A DNA stretch of 64,000 bases from Octopus vulgaris. Its lineage: Eukaryota. The stretch's first letter is position 1, and every line of letters starts with the position of its first letter. A program made the translations under genes and the position numbers. Shown in pieces: positions 11,391-25,917 of the stretch. The stretch is taken from assembly GCA_951406725.2 (NCBI GenBank), contig OX597816.1, forward strand, positions 113,708,001 to 113,772,000, given 5' to 3'. The notes under the pieces are model-generated. The model was not told the DNA's origin. It ran no database searches and was given only the letters and a program-made list of their open reading frames with translations.

Positions 11391-12335
11391 GCTCCATCAA
11401 ATCCATTTTGTTTAACACCACTCACCTGAAAAGTATTTGTATTTTTAAGTTTTTATGTTTTTTTCCTTCTATATTTTAAATATTTACTATTTAAACTAAA
11501 TAATGCTTTTTCGGTTACTTTTGAAATATATGCACATAATATTCAACCCTTCTGACAAATGATGCATACTTAGGCATTCATATATGCATAAACATGCAAG
11601 TATGCATACTCTATTGCATACACGCTAGCAATTATTATTCTACTTTGATCTCTGAATAAAAATTGAAATAAGTGTATCATCAGTCTTCAAACTATAATGG
11701 AATATAATGCTTCTTTTGCCTTTTAGACTAGTCTGTTTTTAACAACATTATAATGGTGCTAGGAGCTTCACTGACTCTCCATGCTGTACAAACATAAGCA
11801 TCAACAGCAGCATTATATAATTTGCTTACCATTTCTGTGTATATCATTATACATGTTATTAGTTACATGTAAAGATGGTACTATAAAATGGCTATCTATC
11901 ACACACATATATTTTTCATTTGCACTATAGTACAAATTACATATGATTTTATACACACACACAGGTGTATATATGTATGTATGTGAGTATAAATGTATAT
12001 ATGTATTTGTTTTTGTATCCTTAAACAAACAAAAATTATGTGTATTTACACACACACACACACTTACACTCACACATTTATATATACACACACATTCATA
12101 TTTAACATGACATATTCTTAAATATGTAAACATTCATATATTAAGTCTTACTTTTTTTTAATTTTAATGTTAACTTTTTATGTAACATCATTACACAATA
12201 TCATAATAAAATACAAACTATTCAAATAAACACACATATTTATACATATATGTTTGTCTGTGTATGCAGGCAAGTGTGCGTGTAGGTGCATGTTCTTTGT
12301 GTGAGTGAGTATGTATATGTGGGCATATGCATGTT

Positions 12336-12382
<47 letters not shown>

Positions 12383-13833
12383 GGGGAAGAATATATCTTT
12401 TTTTTTACATTTAGCTCATGAATCCCCTCCCATATTAGTGTTGATATTTTGGTCCCTGCTGTCATTGTGACAGGAAGATGTGTTAGGATAGGAAGAGGCA
12501 CTTAGAATTGCTGGGAGGAGGAAAACAGCTGGGAGGGGCTGAGACAGCTGCTTCTACAACAACAGTGGCAGCAACAACACACTGTTTTTCATTTCTTTAG
12601 TTTATTCTTTTTTTTTTTTTTTACCACCTACTTTTGTCCTATGCTTTCAACCTTGCTGTCTCTCCCAATTACTGTTTCCTATAAAAAGTTGGTATGATGC
12701 TGAGTTCTTAGGAATCATCTGTGCTACTTGGATCGCTGACAGCGAAACAGAAAAGATGAATCTAAGTGGTGATATTGATCTCACTTTGAAATTGTTTAAG
12801 GCTTCTGGTAGAAGAGGAAGGAAGAAGACAACGAAACATTTTATTATGTCAAATTCCTGTCATTTCTTTATAGATTTTTGTTTCTCCCAGTTTTTCCAAT
12901 TAATAAATAATTCGATAGAAGATATATAAATTAAAATAAAAAGCAACGTTTAAAGTGTTCTTACCCTCAAGGCATACTAAAGGTGTTCAGCTTAATACAT
13001 ATCAATGAATGACTAGATTGATAAAATTGAGGAATAAATATCATTGATAAAGTGGAAATGTAACTGTTTTTATTAATGAAAAAGAAGTAATAAATAATCT
13101 AGTAACTGGGTGAAGAATTTTGAGTGGAGATTAAACAATAAATGGTACTTATAATTAATTAGAATAAACAAACAGTTGTATTTGAAGGTACTTATATAAG
13201 AATTTCTTGGTAAGTTTTCATTGATTGTATTTCAGTCAATTGTTCTGATCAACACACATTTGTTTTATATTATTTTTTAAAAATGTATTTTCTTTTCTTT
13301 TTTTGTGGAGGTCTTTTTCCATTATTTTTTCTTTAGAACATAAGGGGAAATGGGGGTTTAATATTTTTTTTTGTGTGTTTTTAATGTTTTATCAACAGTG
13401 TTATTGAAGAAGGCAAAGGTGGAAGGAAGATGTAGATGTTTTATCATATCTGGTTCAGTTATCTCATGATACTTAGACCAAATCTTGTCAGAGTCAACCT
13501 TGACTTTCATAACATCCATGATTGTTAACATAAATATTGAATAAGATAACAAGATAAATTTAGTCAAGTTTTATACTTTGCTGAAAGCTATTACTGGAAG
13601 TGCAAGCATATACTGAAGTAATAACAACCAAGATTCCTCAATGGTAAGCTCAATGTGGAGCATGTTCTTTCTTACAACTCGTCTCCTTAATGGTGCAGAG
13701 TTGTAGGTCAAGTAAAAACCAAAATTAGGTGCATGGCATACATAATGTAAGGTGTTTCCAATTCTTTCCCAGTCTGCAAGTGCAGTTGGTAGAACATCCA
13801 CACTAGCATTCTATAAAGAAATATTGGTATTGT

Positions 13834-14063
13834 GGTGGTGAGCTGGCAGAAACGTTAGCATGCTGGATGAAATGCTTAACAGTATTTTGTCTGCCGTTAC
13901 GTTCTGAGTTCAAATTCCGCCGAGGTTAACTTTGCCTTTCGTCCTTTCGGGGTCGATAAATTAAGTACCAGTTACGCACTGGGGTCAATGTAATCGACTT
14001 AATCCCTTTGTCTGTCCTTGTTTGTCCCCTCTATGTTTAGCCCCTTGCAGGCAATAATGAAAT
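13834..14063 (+). mobile_element. tRNA-derived SINE, group B, tail type B2
   Basis: Head ggtggtgagctggcagaaacgttagc, B box gagttcaaattcc. 15-bp TSD aagaaatattggtat at 13816-13830 and 14064-14078. Confidence 0.92.
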
Positions 14064-14714
14064 AAGAAATATTGGTATGTAAGGGTGATAATGTTCTTAG
14101 AAAACCTAGGGACCAAGGAAACTTTTAGAAATCCATGATTTGACAGTGTTACTGGTAATGGATGCAGCATTACCATTCAGAATAAGCTGTGCAAATACAG
14201 AAGTGTTCTTTGTGAAGTGAAAGGGAAAAGATGGAACAACAAAACTCTTGAAAGATGGGGATTCAATATAAAACCCTGAAAATGTGTTACATATCTGTGT
14301 TTCCATGGCATTTCCAGGAAAGTTAGAATGATACTAGAATGATGTAGATAACGAATATCGACAATTCTGGTTGTGATGGACTTTCCAGAGAAGTTAGTAT
14401 GATACAAAAAAAATTTAAGTTCAGAATATAAGAAATAGGCAAATCATAGATCATTAGTAATCATATACAATTAAGACATTATAACAAACTTAAAAATACA
14501 TATTCCAAAGATATTTTTAACCTTAAATGTCTCAAAACATGTTTACCTGTGCATTTTAGATGCACTTGTAGACAATTTGAGGACTGGCTAATTGGTAGGA
14601 GCATTAAGTGCCTAAACCCGGGCCAACCAGTATCTTTGATGGTTTATTTCCCTTTTAATTATATCTCATAATTACAGTGAGCTTTATTACACTTATCTAT
14701 TTCCATGCAAATAT

Positions 14715-15104
14715 TCTTTTATTTGTTTCAGTCATTAGACTGTGGCCATGCTGATGCACCACACTGAAGGGTTTAGTCTAACAGATTGACCCTTGTACTT
14801 ATCTTTGTTTTAGCCTGGTACTTCTTCTATTGGTTTCTTTTTGCTGAAACATAAGTTAATGGAACATAAACAAACCAACGCTGGTTATCAAGTGATAATT
14901 GAGGACAAACACAAGCACAAAAATACACAGATAGATGTACATACATATATATATATGACAGGCTTCTTTCAGTTTCCATCTACCACATCCACTCACAAGG
15001 ACTTGATTAGTCTGGGGCTATAGCAAAAGACAGTTGCCCAAAGTGCCACGCAATAGGACTGAACCTGGGTTGGGAAGCAAGCTTCTTACCACACAATCAC
15101 ATCC
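14715..15104 (-). mobile_element. tRNA-derived SINE, group A (diverged)
   Basis: Homologous to 26339-26754 in reverse orientation. Confidence 0.85.
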
Positions 15105-15253
15105 AATCATATATTGTAGACAGTCTCACAGCCACTCACTTTTCACCTTTGTAAACTTGTCTTTCATTCTCTACATTTTTGTAATTCCCTTATGAAAGTT
15201 TTGTATTTTCTGTATCTCTTTGAGCCCTTGTAGCAAATAAAGAAAATATTATT

Positions 15254-15873
15254 GTTACCTAGGTGACCACGTCAGTAGCGGGAGAGGGTGTGCTGAAAGT
15301 GTAGCTGCTAGAATAAGAATAGCCTGGGCAAAGTTCAGAGAGCTCTTACCTCTGCTAGTGACAAAGGACATCTCACTCAGAGTAAAAGGTAGACTGTATG
15401 ATGCATGTGTATGAACAGCCATGCTACATGGCAGTGAAACATGGACTGTGACAGCTGAGGACATGCATAAGCTTACAAGGAATGAAGCGAGTATGCTCTG
15501 CTGGATGTGTAATGTCGGTGTGCATACTTGACGGAGTGTAAGTACCTTGAGAGAAAAGTTGGACCTAAGAAGCATCAGATGTGGTGTGCAAGAGAAATGA
15601 CTGCACTGGTATAGATATGTGGTGCGAATGGATGAGGATAACTGTGTGAAAAAGTGCCACACCCTAGCAGTTGAGAGAACCTGTGGAAGAGGTAGACCCA
15701 AGAAGACCTGGGATGAGGTGGTGAAGCATTAGGAAGGGCATCCAGCTGTAGAAACTCTGCCAGATCAGATTTGAACCTTGTGCAGCCATTTGGTTTGCCA
15801 GTCCTCGGTCAAATCGTCCAACCCATGCCAGCATGGAAAGCAGACGTCAAACGACGACGATGATGATGATGAT
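15254..15873 (+). mobile_element. RTE LINE 3' fragment with most of the 3'UTR deleted
   Basis: YLGD..ESVAARIRIAWAKFRELLPLLVTK..RGRPKKTWDEVV, then terminal module and (GAT)n. Confidence 0.9.
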
Positions 15874-15994
15874 GTATACATATGTATGTATGTGCAGATG
15901 CATATGTGTGTATGTATGTATGAGTATATGTATGCATGCATATTAGTACCTTGTTGTAGTGAAAAAGACCTGTCTGTTACTGCAGAATTGATAC

Positions 15995-16205
15995 TGGTGT
16001 TGGTGCCACATAAAAAGCACCCAGTACACTCGGTGGAATGGTTGGCATTAGGAAGGGCATCCAGCCATATAAGTCATACCAGAACAGACAATGGAGCCTG
16101 GTGCAATCCCCCACTCCACCTTACCAGCTCTGGTCAAACTGTCCAACTCATGCCAACCTGGAAAATAGACATTACATGATGATGATGATGATGATGATGA
16201 TGATG
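15995..16205 (+). mobile_element. RTE 3'-terminal fragment
   Basis: ggttggcattaggaagggcatccagc...tgccaacctggaaa, followed by (GAT)n. Confidence 0.8.
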
Positions 16206-16499
16206 TTATCCAAAAATTGAACAGAACAGTGCAATTTGAATTTAAATTGCATAATGCATAACCAGTATTTAGAAATTCATGTGCATTCTTATACTTCAAA
16301 AGAGAAAACAGTGAGAACTCATATTATGATCCAAGTTACCTTTCACTGGTTTCCATTGATAAGAAGTGAACTTATAGAAAAAAAAAAGAAAACAAGAGTG
16401 TGTCTTCATAAATTATCTAGTCATGTCATCTTACATACATTTCATCAATAATATGCGTTATATAATGAAAACATTATAAGAAGATTATATCGTCAAATC

Positions 16500-18010
16500 A
16501 TCAAAGAAAAAGAGATTAACCTTGGGGAAAATGAGACACATAATCACACTTTTCCATGTGCTTGGAGTTGATCCACATAGAGAGAAAGCATTAAAAAGTT
16601 TGGAGAGGATAAGAGGTAAATCTTGATTACACTTTCTGAAAATAATAGAAGAGACTTACATCAGGAATAGTTGCCATACTGTGTTGCAGTAATCAGACAA
16701 GTTTTCACACCTGATGATTGTATATAGTGGGAAGTCAGATAAAATAAAAGAGAATTTAAGAGGAGTTTTGTTGTATGTATAAAGTTGGAAGCAACTGTGG
16801 TGAACAGTATCTGTGGTAGTTTTATCAATGGGAATGCTACATACTCCACCATATCAAATCAGTGGCACATATGATAATTCTGCAAAGTTAATGGTAAGAG
16901 ACCTTCATTTTCCGAAAGATCAGAAGGCCAGACAGTAATCTGTGAGGCAAGTGAGTTATAAGAATGTGCAATGCTCAAAGGCCTCCTTTGCCAACTGTTT
17001 ACTTATAGGAAGTAGTATGTAAACATCTCTGTTTGTGATGGTCAATTACCTCCCCCAGTTATAAGCAGTTGTTTTTAGTTTTACAACTGTAGCACAGTTG
17101 TGAATGACCCATTTGAGTGATCTGATAGCTGTGGGCTTATACTAAATGAGAAATATAGTGGGGGCCATCTAACAGGGTGATGTCCCAGCATGGCCACAGG
17201 CTTTTGGTTGGAACACATAAAAAAAATAAAAGAATGACAACTTAGTTGTCTTGTAATGTTCAGAAGTGATGTACATTTGCTTCTAAGAATAGTCAGCTTA
17301 GAACTAAGCATTTACCTAGCTCAAGCTGTCACAGGATTTAATTGTTATGGGTAGTTGTACAGCAGAAAGATATGAAGTGTGTACCTGTGATTAAGCTATC
17401 TGATAAACTAATGGAGAAACGGTTATGGCAGAGTAAAAGTTAGGGTTTGAAGATGAGGAAAAGGGTAATGAATATTTGGGAAGTCAATATGTTGGTGAAG
17501 AATGTGGAACAAGCAATTTATAATAGTAATAGTGCAATGTCTGCCATTGGTGTCTCAAATGGAGCTGACTAAGAGTGAATAGGAGCTGTATGCATTGAAG
17601 CTACAATGATGATGGCTTCAGAGAGTGGTGGGTTGAGGAAGAGGCCCTCAATGTAGCATAAAGTAGGCAAACAACTTAGAATGCTTGAAGGATTTAGGAG
17701 AGCATTGCAGATAGGAAATGTAGAGTCATGAAGAAAAAACATTCTGTGATAGAAAAACAAGGAGTCTGTGCTGAAGAATCCAGTGAGATGGGTGAGGAGA
17801 AGTGAATTCTATTTAAGTGCAAACATCAGCTTTCCCAAAGAAACTGGAATGTTGAGTATAACTTGGAAAGCAGGCATGAGTTGGAGATGGAAGATGAAGC
17901 AGTTGTGTCTCAGTGAGTAACAAAATTTGAGATATGTGTGTTAGAAGAAGGTGGTGCCTCAGATTATCGTTTGTACAAAGTTCATAGATGTGAGTGCACG
18001 GATTGATTAT
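16500..18010 (-). mobile_element. Old APE-type LINE relic (Jockey/CR1/L2-like): endonuclease plus RT N-terminus
   Basis: Minus-strand remnants LLLTETQL, QHIDFP, LSDHS and CNQDLPLILSKLFN..GSTPSTWK..IFPK. Many disruptions. Confidence 0.65.
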
Positions 18011-20456
18011 AATCTTTATAAATATTGTACAATTTTAACAATTTTTTTTTGCCTACTTCTTACGTTTGAAGAAACTTTAGAAAAAGAAAATAAACAAAAA
18101 CATAAATCCTCTGATATTTTTAAATAAAATGTCATGTGTGAAGTATATTTATAAATCTGTTAATTAACTTATTTGTAAATTGAAAGACAGCTTAACACTG
18201 AGCTATTAGAGTAGTGGTTTGATTCTGAGAATGAACAGGTAGTAAAATAACTGATGGAAGTTCTTTTACACTTATTACTGAGATATTGTTGTTGCTCTTC
18301 TTATCATCATGATCATCATAATTTTCATCATTATTGCTGCTGTTGTTGTTGTTGTTGTTTCATACTTGATCCTTTCATATTCAAAATTTGGTAAGATATG
18401 ACAGATTTCAAAGTATAGATTTTCATAATTCTATCACATGAACAAATTCTGTCATTTATGAAACTTTAACAAAAAAAGCGTCTTTTACTTTCTCCTCTTT
18501 TTAGCATTCCATCATTACTACTACTACTACTACTACTGCATTCCCATTAACTCCTATTATATAAATCAACACAGCCAAGGAAAATGACAGATATTAGCTG
18601 AAGATTAGTGTGGAGTAATGGATGAAAAGGCATTGAGGGCATATTTAGATTTAGACACCAACAATGGAACATACTTGTCAGAAATGATGATTGACTTGGT
18701 TTTTTTTTTTTTTTTTACTTGGAATAACAAGTAAACTAATAAAGATTGAAGATCAGAAATTAATATATAGGCTGTAGCTTTAGCGAAGCCAAATGCCGTT
18801 TTGATTTTTAAAATCAAATAACTTTTAATACAAAATAATTTCTTTATTTTAGTTGTAAAAATGGTCATCCTCAAAATAAATAAAAGTAGGATATTTTTTT
18901 TTAAATGTGTACTTTTTACATTTCTTTTTATTGCTTTTATATTCAAATAGCTGTGCATAGATATATGTGCATATGTGTTTTTATAGCTAGTATAATATGT
19001 ATATGATTAAGCTTGAGTGTTCTTGTTGTAAAATGTTTACTTGTCTACAGATATTATGTAAATCAAAATGTTTTTTGAATCAGATTTGATGTCTGAAATT
19101 CACACAGTCTATTCACACAGTCAGTGTGTCTGTCTCTCAATTGTTAAGTAGTTTAAGTGAAGAAACTTCAAATTTATGAATGAAAGACAAAAAATAAATA
19201 AATAAAAGAATAAAAAAGTAAAATAGAAAAAATAAAATAAATTCAGATAAAATAAAACTGAATATACCCCAAAAGAATAATAAATAAATGCATGAATAGC
19301 AAAAACATTTTGCCTTAGTTATTTGATCATTAAGACTTTTTGCCAGTGCTTTTCCAAGCATATCATCCGTTTTCTTTTTATTTGTAGTAGCAGAGAGGAA
19401 GTACAAATCTCATGGACTTGTATAAAACCTTTTCCTATTCAAAGAGTTAACTAATGCTAAATTTGTTAATATTATGCTTAGCAAGTTCAGTTAATGGTAA
19501 ATATGAATTTTTATAGGTTAATATTTAGTGGCAGCACTAGGAATTTTAGAAGAGAATAGCCTTAAGGAAGACAGATCACATTAAGTTATTTAATTCAAAC
19601 CCCTGATTGATAAGTAAGGTTAGCAGAAAGAAGACAAGTGTGAGGAATAAGAAAGGGATCTGTCATCTGCATCTCCATTACTGATAATGACTGAGGAATG
19701 GTAAATGAAAACTCAATATAATAGTCTTTACCACTGTTGTAAAGAAGAAGCAAAACTCTAAAATATTACAATTCTGTTTCTTACCTGGTATAGAATTTTT
19801 TTTTTTTTTGTATGTGTGTTTGTAACCCTGTAAATCTATTTCTTTTTATAGACTTCTATCTGATCAATTTATAAATCAATTTTTATACCAATTTCCTCTT
19901 GAAAGTCAGAAAAATCCAATTTTGATATGCTTCCTTGCAATTTTGAAGCATTTATTAATTTAATTTGAAATGGTCGTCAAATTTTTTTTTATTAATACTG
20001 TGGATTTACTTTTCCTGTGATTGGATTAAATTGCTTTTGATACACAAGTAAATAAATAATTTTATTGAATTATTAATGTCTGTATGAAAAGAGGTTTATA
20101 TTGCGTATATTAGATACTTGATCATATATGACAAAAGTTACAGTTGGCCAAGTTAATAGACTACTAGGCTGCTAACTGAGGGAGTTAGTAGTTTGCATCT
20201 GTCATAAGCAATAGTTGCAATCAAGTCATTTAGGTCTCTTTAGCTAAGTATAACTAAATAATGATACATACCACAGAATAATATAGCATCCCTGTTGCAA
20301 ACAGTGATAGCATTCAAAAATTGAGAGATCTTTTGGCAGTATGCAGTGTTGAGTTCAATTCCTACTGCAGACATAGTGGAAGTCAATCAGGTTGAGTTGT
20401 CATATATACACTTTAAGAACATAAAATTTTACTAGTTAATATGTCATAGGCTTTAA

Positions 20457-20665
20457 GGCGATGTGCTGACAGAATCATTAGCACATCAGGCAAACTGCTT
20501 AGTGACAGTTCATCTCTCTCTATGATCAGAGCTCAAATTCCAGCAAGGCCACTTTGCCTTTCATCCTTTTGAAGTCGATAAAATAAGTACCAGTTGAGTG
20601 CTATGGTCGATGTAATTGACTTATCCCCCTCTCCCAAAATTGCCGGCCTTGTGCCAAAATTTGAA
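20457..20665 (+). mobile_element. SINE group B (B1 tail)
   Basis: Homologous to 658-866. Ends ggccttgtgccaaaatttgaa. Confidence 0.85.
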
Positions 20666-22475
20666 TTGATATGTCATTGACTTACCATTATTTGATTGTA
20701 AAATGAGAGATTTTAAAGACAGATAGAGAAAAATAGTATATGTAGTTAAAGTTGTATTGAACTTGAAGTGATCTTTGAACAAATGAGTTGAAGAACTTAT
20801 TTTTGAAAACTGTTTGTATTTGTAGAGGGCAATGAGTACATATTCATCGGAAAGCTACTGTGAGCTGATGGTACTAGCAAGTGACAAGCTAAAATTTGGT
20901 GAATGAACACTTTGAGGTAGTTTGGTCAAACTTTTGCATTTTGGACCTTGCACTTAAATTAATGTTATATGAAAATGTCTGGAGATATTCTATCTTGAAC
21001 TTATGCTAATGAAGGAAAACAGAGATAATTAAATGAATAATTTTTCTTTCATAAGATAGTCAGATGAAAAGGGGCAGTGCCCAAGACATTAGGTGAAGAT
21101 CCCAGTTTAAGCATCTAGATTATATTCTAATACATGATGTTGTAATGCTTTCTTCAGTGCCCAAAGGCTCTTCCTGCAGATGGATTCTACCAAACCAGTG
21201 GAGAGTCACACATGAATTTGGTATTTAATTTAATCTTTTGTATGAACTGAAATTAAGAATTAGTCAATGGATTCCAAGTAAAATGATTTTAAAACTAATT
21301 ACTGACCATTGAAACTCATTGTGGGTTATAAATATACTTGAGGGAGTACTGTTGTAAGATATCCACAAAATGAATAATAATGGGCAGTTTTATGAAGGCC
21401 TTCAAGAAATAATCTTCATTATCATTCAATTGAAATTACATAATATTCTCATTTGTTTTGGTGAATTTATTCTTAATTCTTTACTGCCTTACTGAGTTGC
21501 ACATAAAATTATAACTCAGATGTAAATACAATGAATATTCAAATTTATGATGTTTTAATAAAAATTCATGCTGTTAACTAAATTTAACAGTTGTATTATT
21601 TGTGGTTTTTATCTAGCAAAACCATCTCCTTGTGATAAACTGAATAACAAGCAATAGGTATCCTATTACAAATGTTTAAGTATTAAATACTTCATTCCTA
21701 TTCTTTTAGGTTTGGAAAATTTAATAATTTGATTGTAAATAAATCCTTCTCTAATACCAGAATAAAGATATCTACAAATAATCTCTATGTTTTTTTTTTT
21801 TTGTGGTTTGTTTTTGGTGGGGTTATAATAAGAGTGGAAATGTAATAGATTTATGTTGCCTTTAAAATTATTGTTCAATTCAAAATCAGGATATTTCTGT
21901 ACAACTATATCTTAAGGCTTATATCTCATACAAAAATATACTTTACAGGAAACCTTAAAAATCTACTCTTTATTTTACTGTTATCCAATAATCACATTAT
22001 TAAAATACACCTTTTATAGACATACAAATTTAATACCTCACAAATCTTTTAAATTAATTGTCTTTACTTTATGTAAAAAGTAAGGTTTTGATTTCTTGAA
22101 CAAAAATCAATGATGGTATTGTATTTATAGTGCTGCCCATTTAGCATTGTTGTTCACATTATTTTTTCATTTTCCATTGTACATTCCAAATCAGTTTACA
22201 TTATCTTTATAAATGAAAAAATTAAAATATAATTTTAAGTATTTGATAAATATATTTTTAAACATATAATGATTTGCTTTTGTGAAGTTAGTGGTGATCC
22301 TAATCAAAGAGAAATGAAATGAAAATTGTATATTGTAGTATGACTTATAAGAGTTGTATTCTTATAAAGTATCAAACTGGTATCACATATTACATTTCCC
22401 TAAAAGAAAACTTGATATTCAAAGCCAATATAACTATTGGTGTTTCAAAAACTGTTTTTAATTATTTGTTCACAG

Positions 22476-22551
22476 ACTCTTCAAGTTGTGGTTGATATTC
22501 CTGAACAGCCAACTCCAAAGAGCAGAAGCTACTATAGTTACCATAAAAAAG
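22476..22551 (+). CDS. Candidate 76-nt host exon (TLQVVVDIPEQPTPKSRSYYSYHKK), gene unknown
   Basis: Acceptor tttttaattatttgttcacag, donor aag|gtaaag. Non-repetitive, two frames open. No protein family recognised. Confidence 0.3.
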
Positions 22552-22853
22552 GTAAAGTAAGAAATCAGCAGATCTGTGGTCAATTAGTTGAACATTTTTG
22601 TGGATGCCATTTACGATGTCTGTCTTTCAGTAACAACACCATACTAGACACTATTGCAGTATTCATTTGTGGATATTACTAGACCCTTGTAGAAGATTAA
22701 TAATTGTTGGAAAATGAAGTATTTTCTGCTCCAAGAGATAGGGTAGTCTTTGAGATGCAGTTGTTGCTAAATTATGGATGTGAGATCATCAGAGGATGTG
22801 AGGCTTTGCATTTGTTGTAGTTGGTAGATTTTAGTTGAGTATTGTCTATTAAA

Positions 22854-23196
22854 GTGAAGGTGCATGGCTCAGTGGTTAGAGCATCGAGCTTACGATTGTG
22901 AGGTTGTGAGCTCAAATCCTGGAGCAGGCTGCGTGTTGTGTTCTTGAGCAAGACACTTTATTTCACGTTGCACCTGTTCACTCAGCTATAGAAATGAGTT
23001 GCGATGTCACAGGTGCCAAGCTGTATCGGCGGTTACCTTTCCCTTGGATAATAACACTGGTGGCATGGAGAGGAGAGTCTGGTATGAATGGGTGACTGCT
23101 GGTCTTCCATAAACAACCTTGCCCGGACTTGTGCCTGGGAGGGTAACTTTCTAGGTGCAATCCCATGGTTTGTGTCATGACCGAAGGGGGTCTCAG
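22854..23196 (+). mobile_element. SINE group C with a distinct 3' tail
   Basis: Head tggctcagtggttagagc and shared core. 13-bp TSD attgtctattaaa at 22841-22853 and 23197-23209. Confidence 0.9.
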
Positions 23197-23491
23197 ATTG
23201 TCTATTAAATACAATGCTGAAAGGCAAAAATTTGCCTGAATATTGGAAGTTTTCTGAGAAAATATAAAACATAAGCTCTTCAAGTTATGTTCATTTCTAA
23301 TCAATTCACTGCATTTGAATCAATGGCCTCTGCCTGGACAGTAAAGTTTATAGTTTTAAATATTTTTCTTTGAATACATATATAGGAAATATAAAATAAA
23401 ATTTACAAGATGTATATTTAAACAGATGTTTTCTTTGAGTGCGAATCCTACACAGATCATATATACATACAACAAATATATATAATACAAC

Positions 23492-23819
23492 ATGTCGGTG
23501 GCACGTAAAAAGCACCATCCGAATCGTGGCCGAAGCCAGTGCCGCCTCGACTGGCTTCCGTGCAGGTGGCACGTAAAATGCACCAATCCGACCGTGGCCG
23601 ATGCCAGCCTCGCCTGGCCCCAGTGCAGGTGGCACGTAAAAAGCACCCACTACACTCACGGAGTGGTTGGCGTTAGGAAGGGCATCCAGCTGTAGACACA
23701 TTGCCAGATAAGACCGGAGCCTGGGGCAGCCTTCAGGCTTCCCAGATCCCCAGTCGAACTGTCCAACCCATACTAGCATGGAGAACGAATGTTAAACGAT
23801 GATGATGATGTTGATGATG
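23492..23819 (+). mobile_element. RTE 3'UTR fragment
   Basis: Three ggtggcacgtaaaa(a)gcacc modules, then terminal module and (GAT)n. Confidence 0.85.
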
Positions 23820-24639
23820 TGTGTGTATGTGTGTGTGGTGTATTTATTTGCATTTTTTATACAAATAGAATCTCTAAATGAAAATATTTCTGTTTTCCTA
23901 AACCAGCTAATGTACAATGTTCAACAATCTTGTTCTTTTACTTAGTAATTTTTCATTATTACTTCAGCAAGCACAGCAAAGACTTTGCTTTACTGTTGAG
24001 GTCAGAATAAGACAAAATATGTCTGGAGTCACCTGCTGTTCTTATTGAACAATGAATGATAATGATATAAGCATAAGGCTTATATAATAACGTTGGTATT
24101 ATCATAATGTATTTTTCTCATTACACACAAACACATGCGCACACACCTATGGTTCTCACTAGCCACTGCAAGGATGATTTTCATTTGTTTCTAATAATAT
24201 TGCATTTTTAAACACAGATCATCAATATGAGATACTATCTCTAGACAAATACCACAATAAATTTCACGCTGTAATATATTTAGTATGATAAACATATGGT
24301 TATTTTAATCTAATACTGCTTCTGTTGCATATAACAAATATGAAGGTTTGGCTGTGAGGTGGAGACATTTACAGGTGTTTGTTTTCCAACCACATAGTTT
24401 GGGGTTCAATTGCATAGCATGGCACCTTGAACAAGTGTCTTCTCCTATAGCCTTGGACCAACCAAAGGCTTGTAGACAGAAACTAAAAGAAGCTTGTCAT
24501 ATCAATCGCCATGTTAACACAGACATAACAGAGACTTAAATCAAGATACTACAATCAGAACAGATACTACAAAATACTACAATCAGACACACTGCTCAAC
24601 TGTGTTGAAGAATTTACTTATCAATAAAGTAAAATCTCT

Positions 24640-25139
24640 AGCAGAAAAGTGATGTAAACACAAACATTGGTAAAGCCCAGGGTGCTATTGACAAGTTGTC
24701 TCCAGTGTGAAAATCTAAGCTTTCAGACAACATCAAAAAGGATCCTCTTCCAAGCAACTGTTATCTCTGTTTTGTTGTATGGCTGCTCAGCATGGACTCT
24801 TATCTCAAAGAGGAAAGATTGGATGGCCCCTGTACTCACATGCTAAGAGTGGCTTTGAATATCACTTGGCGAGATCATCTGACTAATGACTGATTGTATG
24901 GGAACCTGCGTCTAGTATTAGACATCATCAAAGAGTGTAGTCAGACTCACAAGGCATTGCTGAAGAGCTAAAGACAAAGTTGTCAGTGAAGTTTTTTTTT
25001 TATGTAGGATCTTACACATGGAAGAACTAGGAGGAGATGGAAAACCAAGACCTATATCAAGCAGATGTGTGACAACATAAACCTCTCTGACCTGTTGAAT
25101 ATGATGAACAATAGAATTGGATGGCAACATGCAAGCAGT

Positions 25140-25200
<61 letters not shown>
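24640..25200 (+). mobile_element. Older RTE-like LINE 3' fragment (different family) with long (GAT)n tail
   Basis: Remnants FQATVISVLLYGCSAWTL, RLDG..THMLRVALNITWRDHLTND.LYGNL. (GAT)n at 25141-25200. Confidence 0.75.
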
Positions 25201-25213
<13 letters not shown>

Positions 25214-25268
25214 GATGATATCTGTCTGTACACTTATGTGTGTGTGCATGTGTGTGTGTGTGCGTGCC

Positions 25269-25303
<35 letters not shown>

Positions 25304-25599
25304 CTCTGTGTGTGTGTGTGTGTAAAATAATAATGATAATAATGGAGTCTTGCATTGATTTTGACATATGAAGGCCTAAGAACATTTTTGTGTTTTTATT
25401 TTGTTTTAGCTCTAGTGTCTGATGAGAATTTAATCCACCCAATGATAGACAAGCCTGCAGATTGGGCACAAGAAAGCATTGTTATACTAAGTGGATGACA
25501 AGTTAGTTTGAAACATTGTCTTTGCTCTCAGTTGTTTAAGATACATATGTGTGTGTGTTTGTGTGTATGTGTGTGTGTATATATGTGTGTGCATGTTTG

Positions 25600-25836
25600 T
25601 ACCACCTTGTCTTGATACATGTGGAAGTTGTAAATGAGTTTCACCATCATACAAACAACATCATTCTTTATTTCCTGTTTTCTGTGAAAACATGTCTGGC
25701 CATGAGAAAATATTACCTTACATGGAAACAGGTGAGGGTTGATGACAGGAAGGGCATCCAACTATAAAAAAACCTGCTTCATTAAACTCCATTTGACCCA
25801 TGGAAGCATGGAAAAATTGATGTTAAAACAACGACG

Positions 25837-25842
<6 letters not shown>
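25600..25842 (+). mobile_element. Short element sharing the RTE 3' terminus
   Basis: catgtctggccatgagaaaatatt...caggaagggcatcc...gacgatgatg. Related copy at ~41765-41900. Confidence 0.6.
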
Positions 25843-25870
<28 letters not shown>

Positions 25871-25881
25871 CTCATACACAT

Positions 25882-25917
<36 letters not shown>

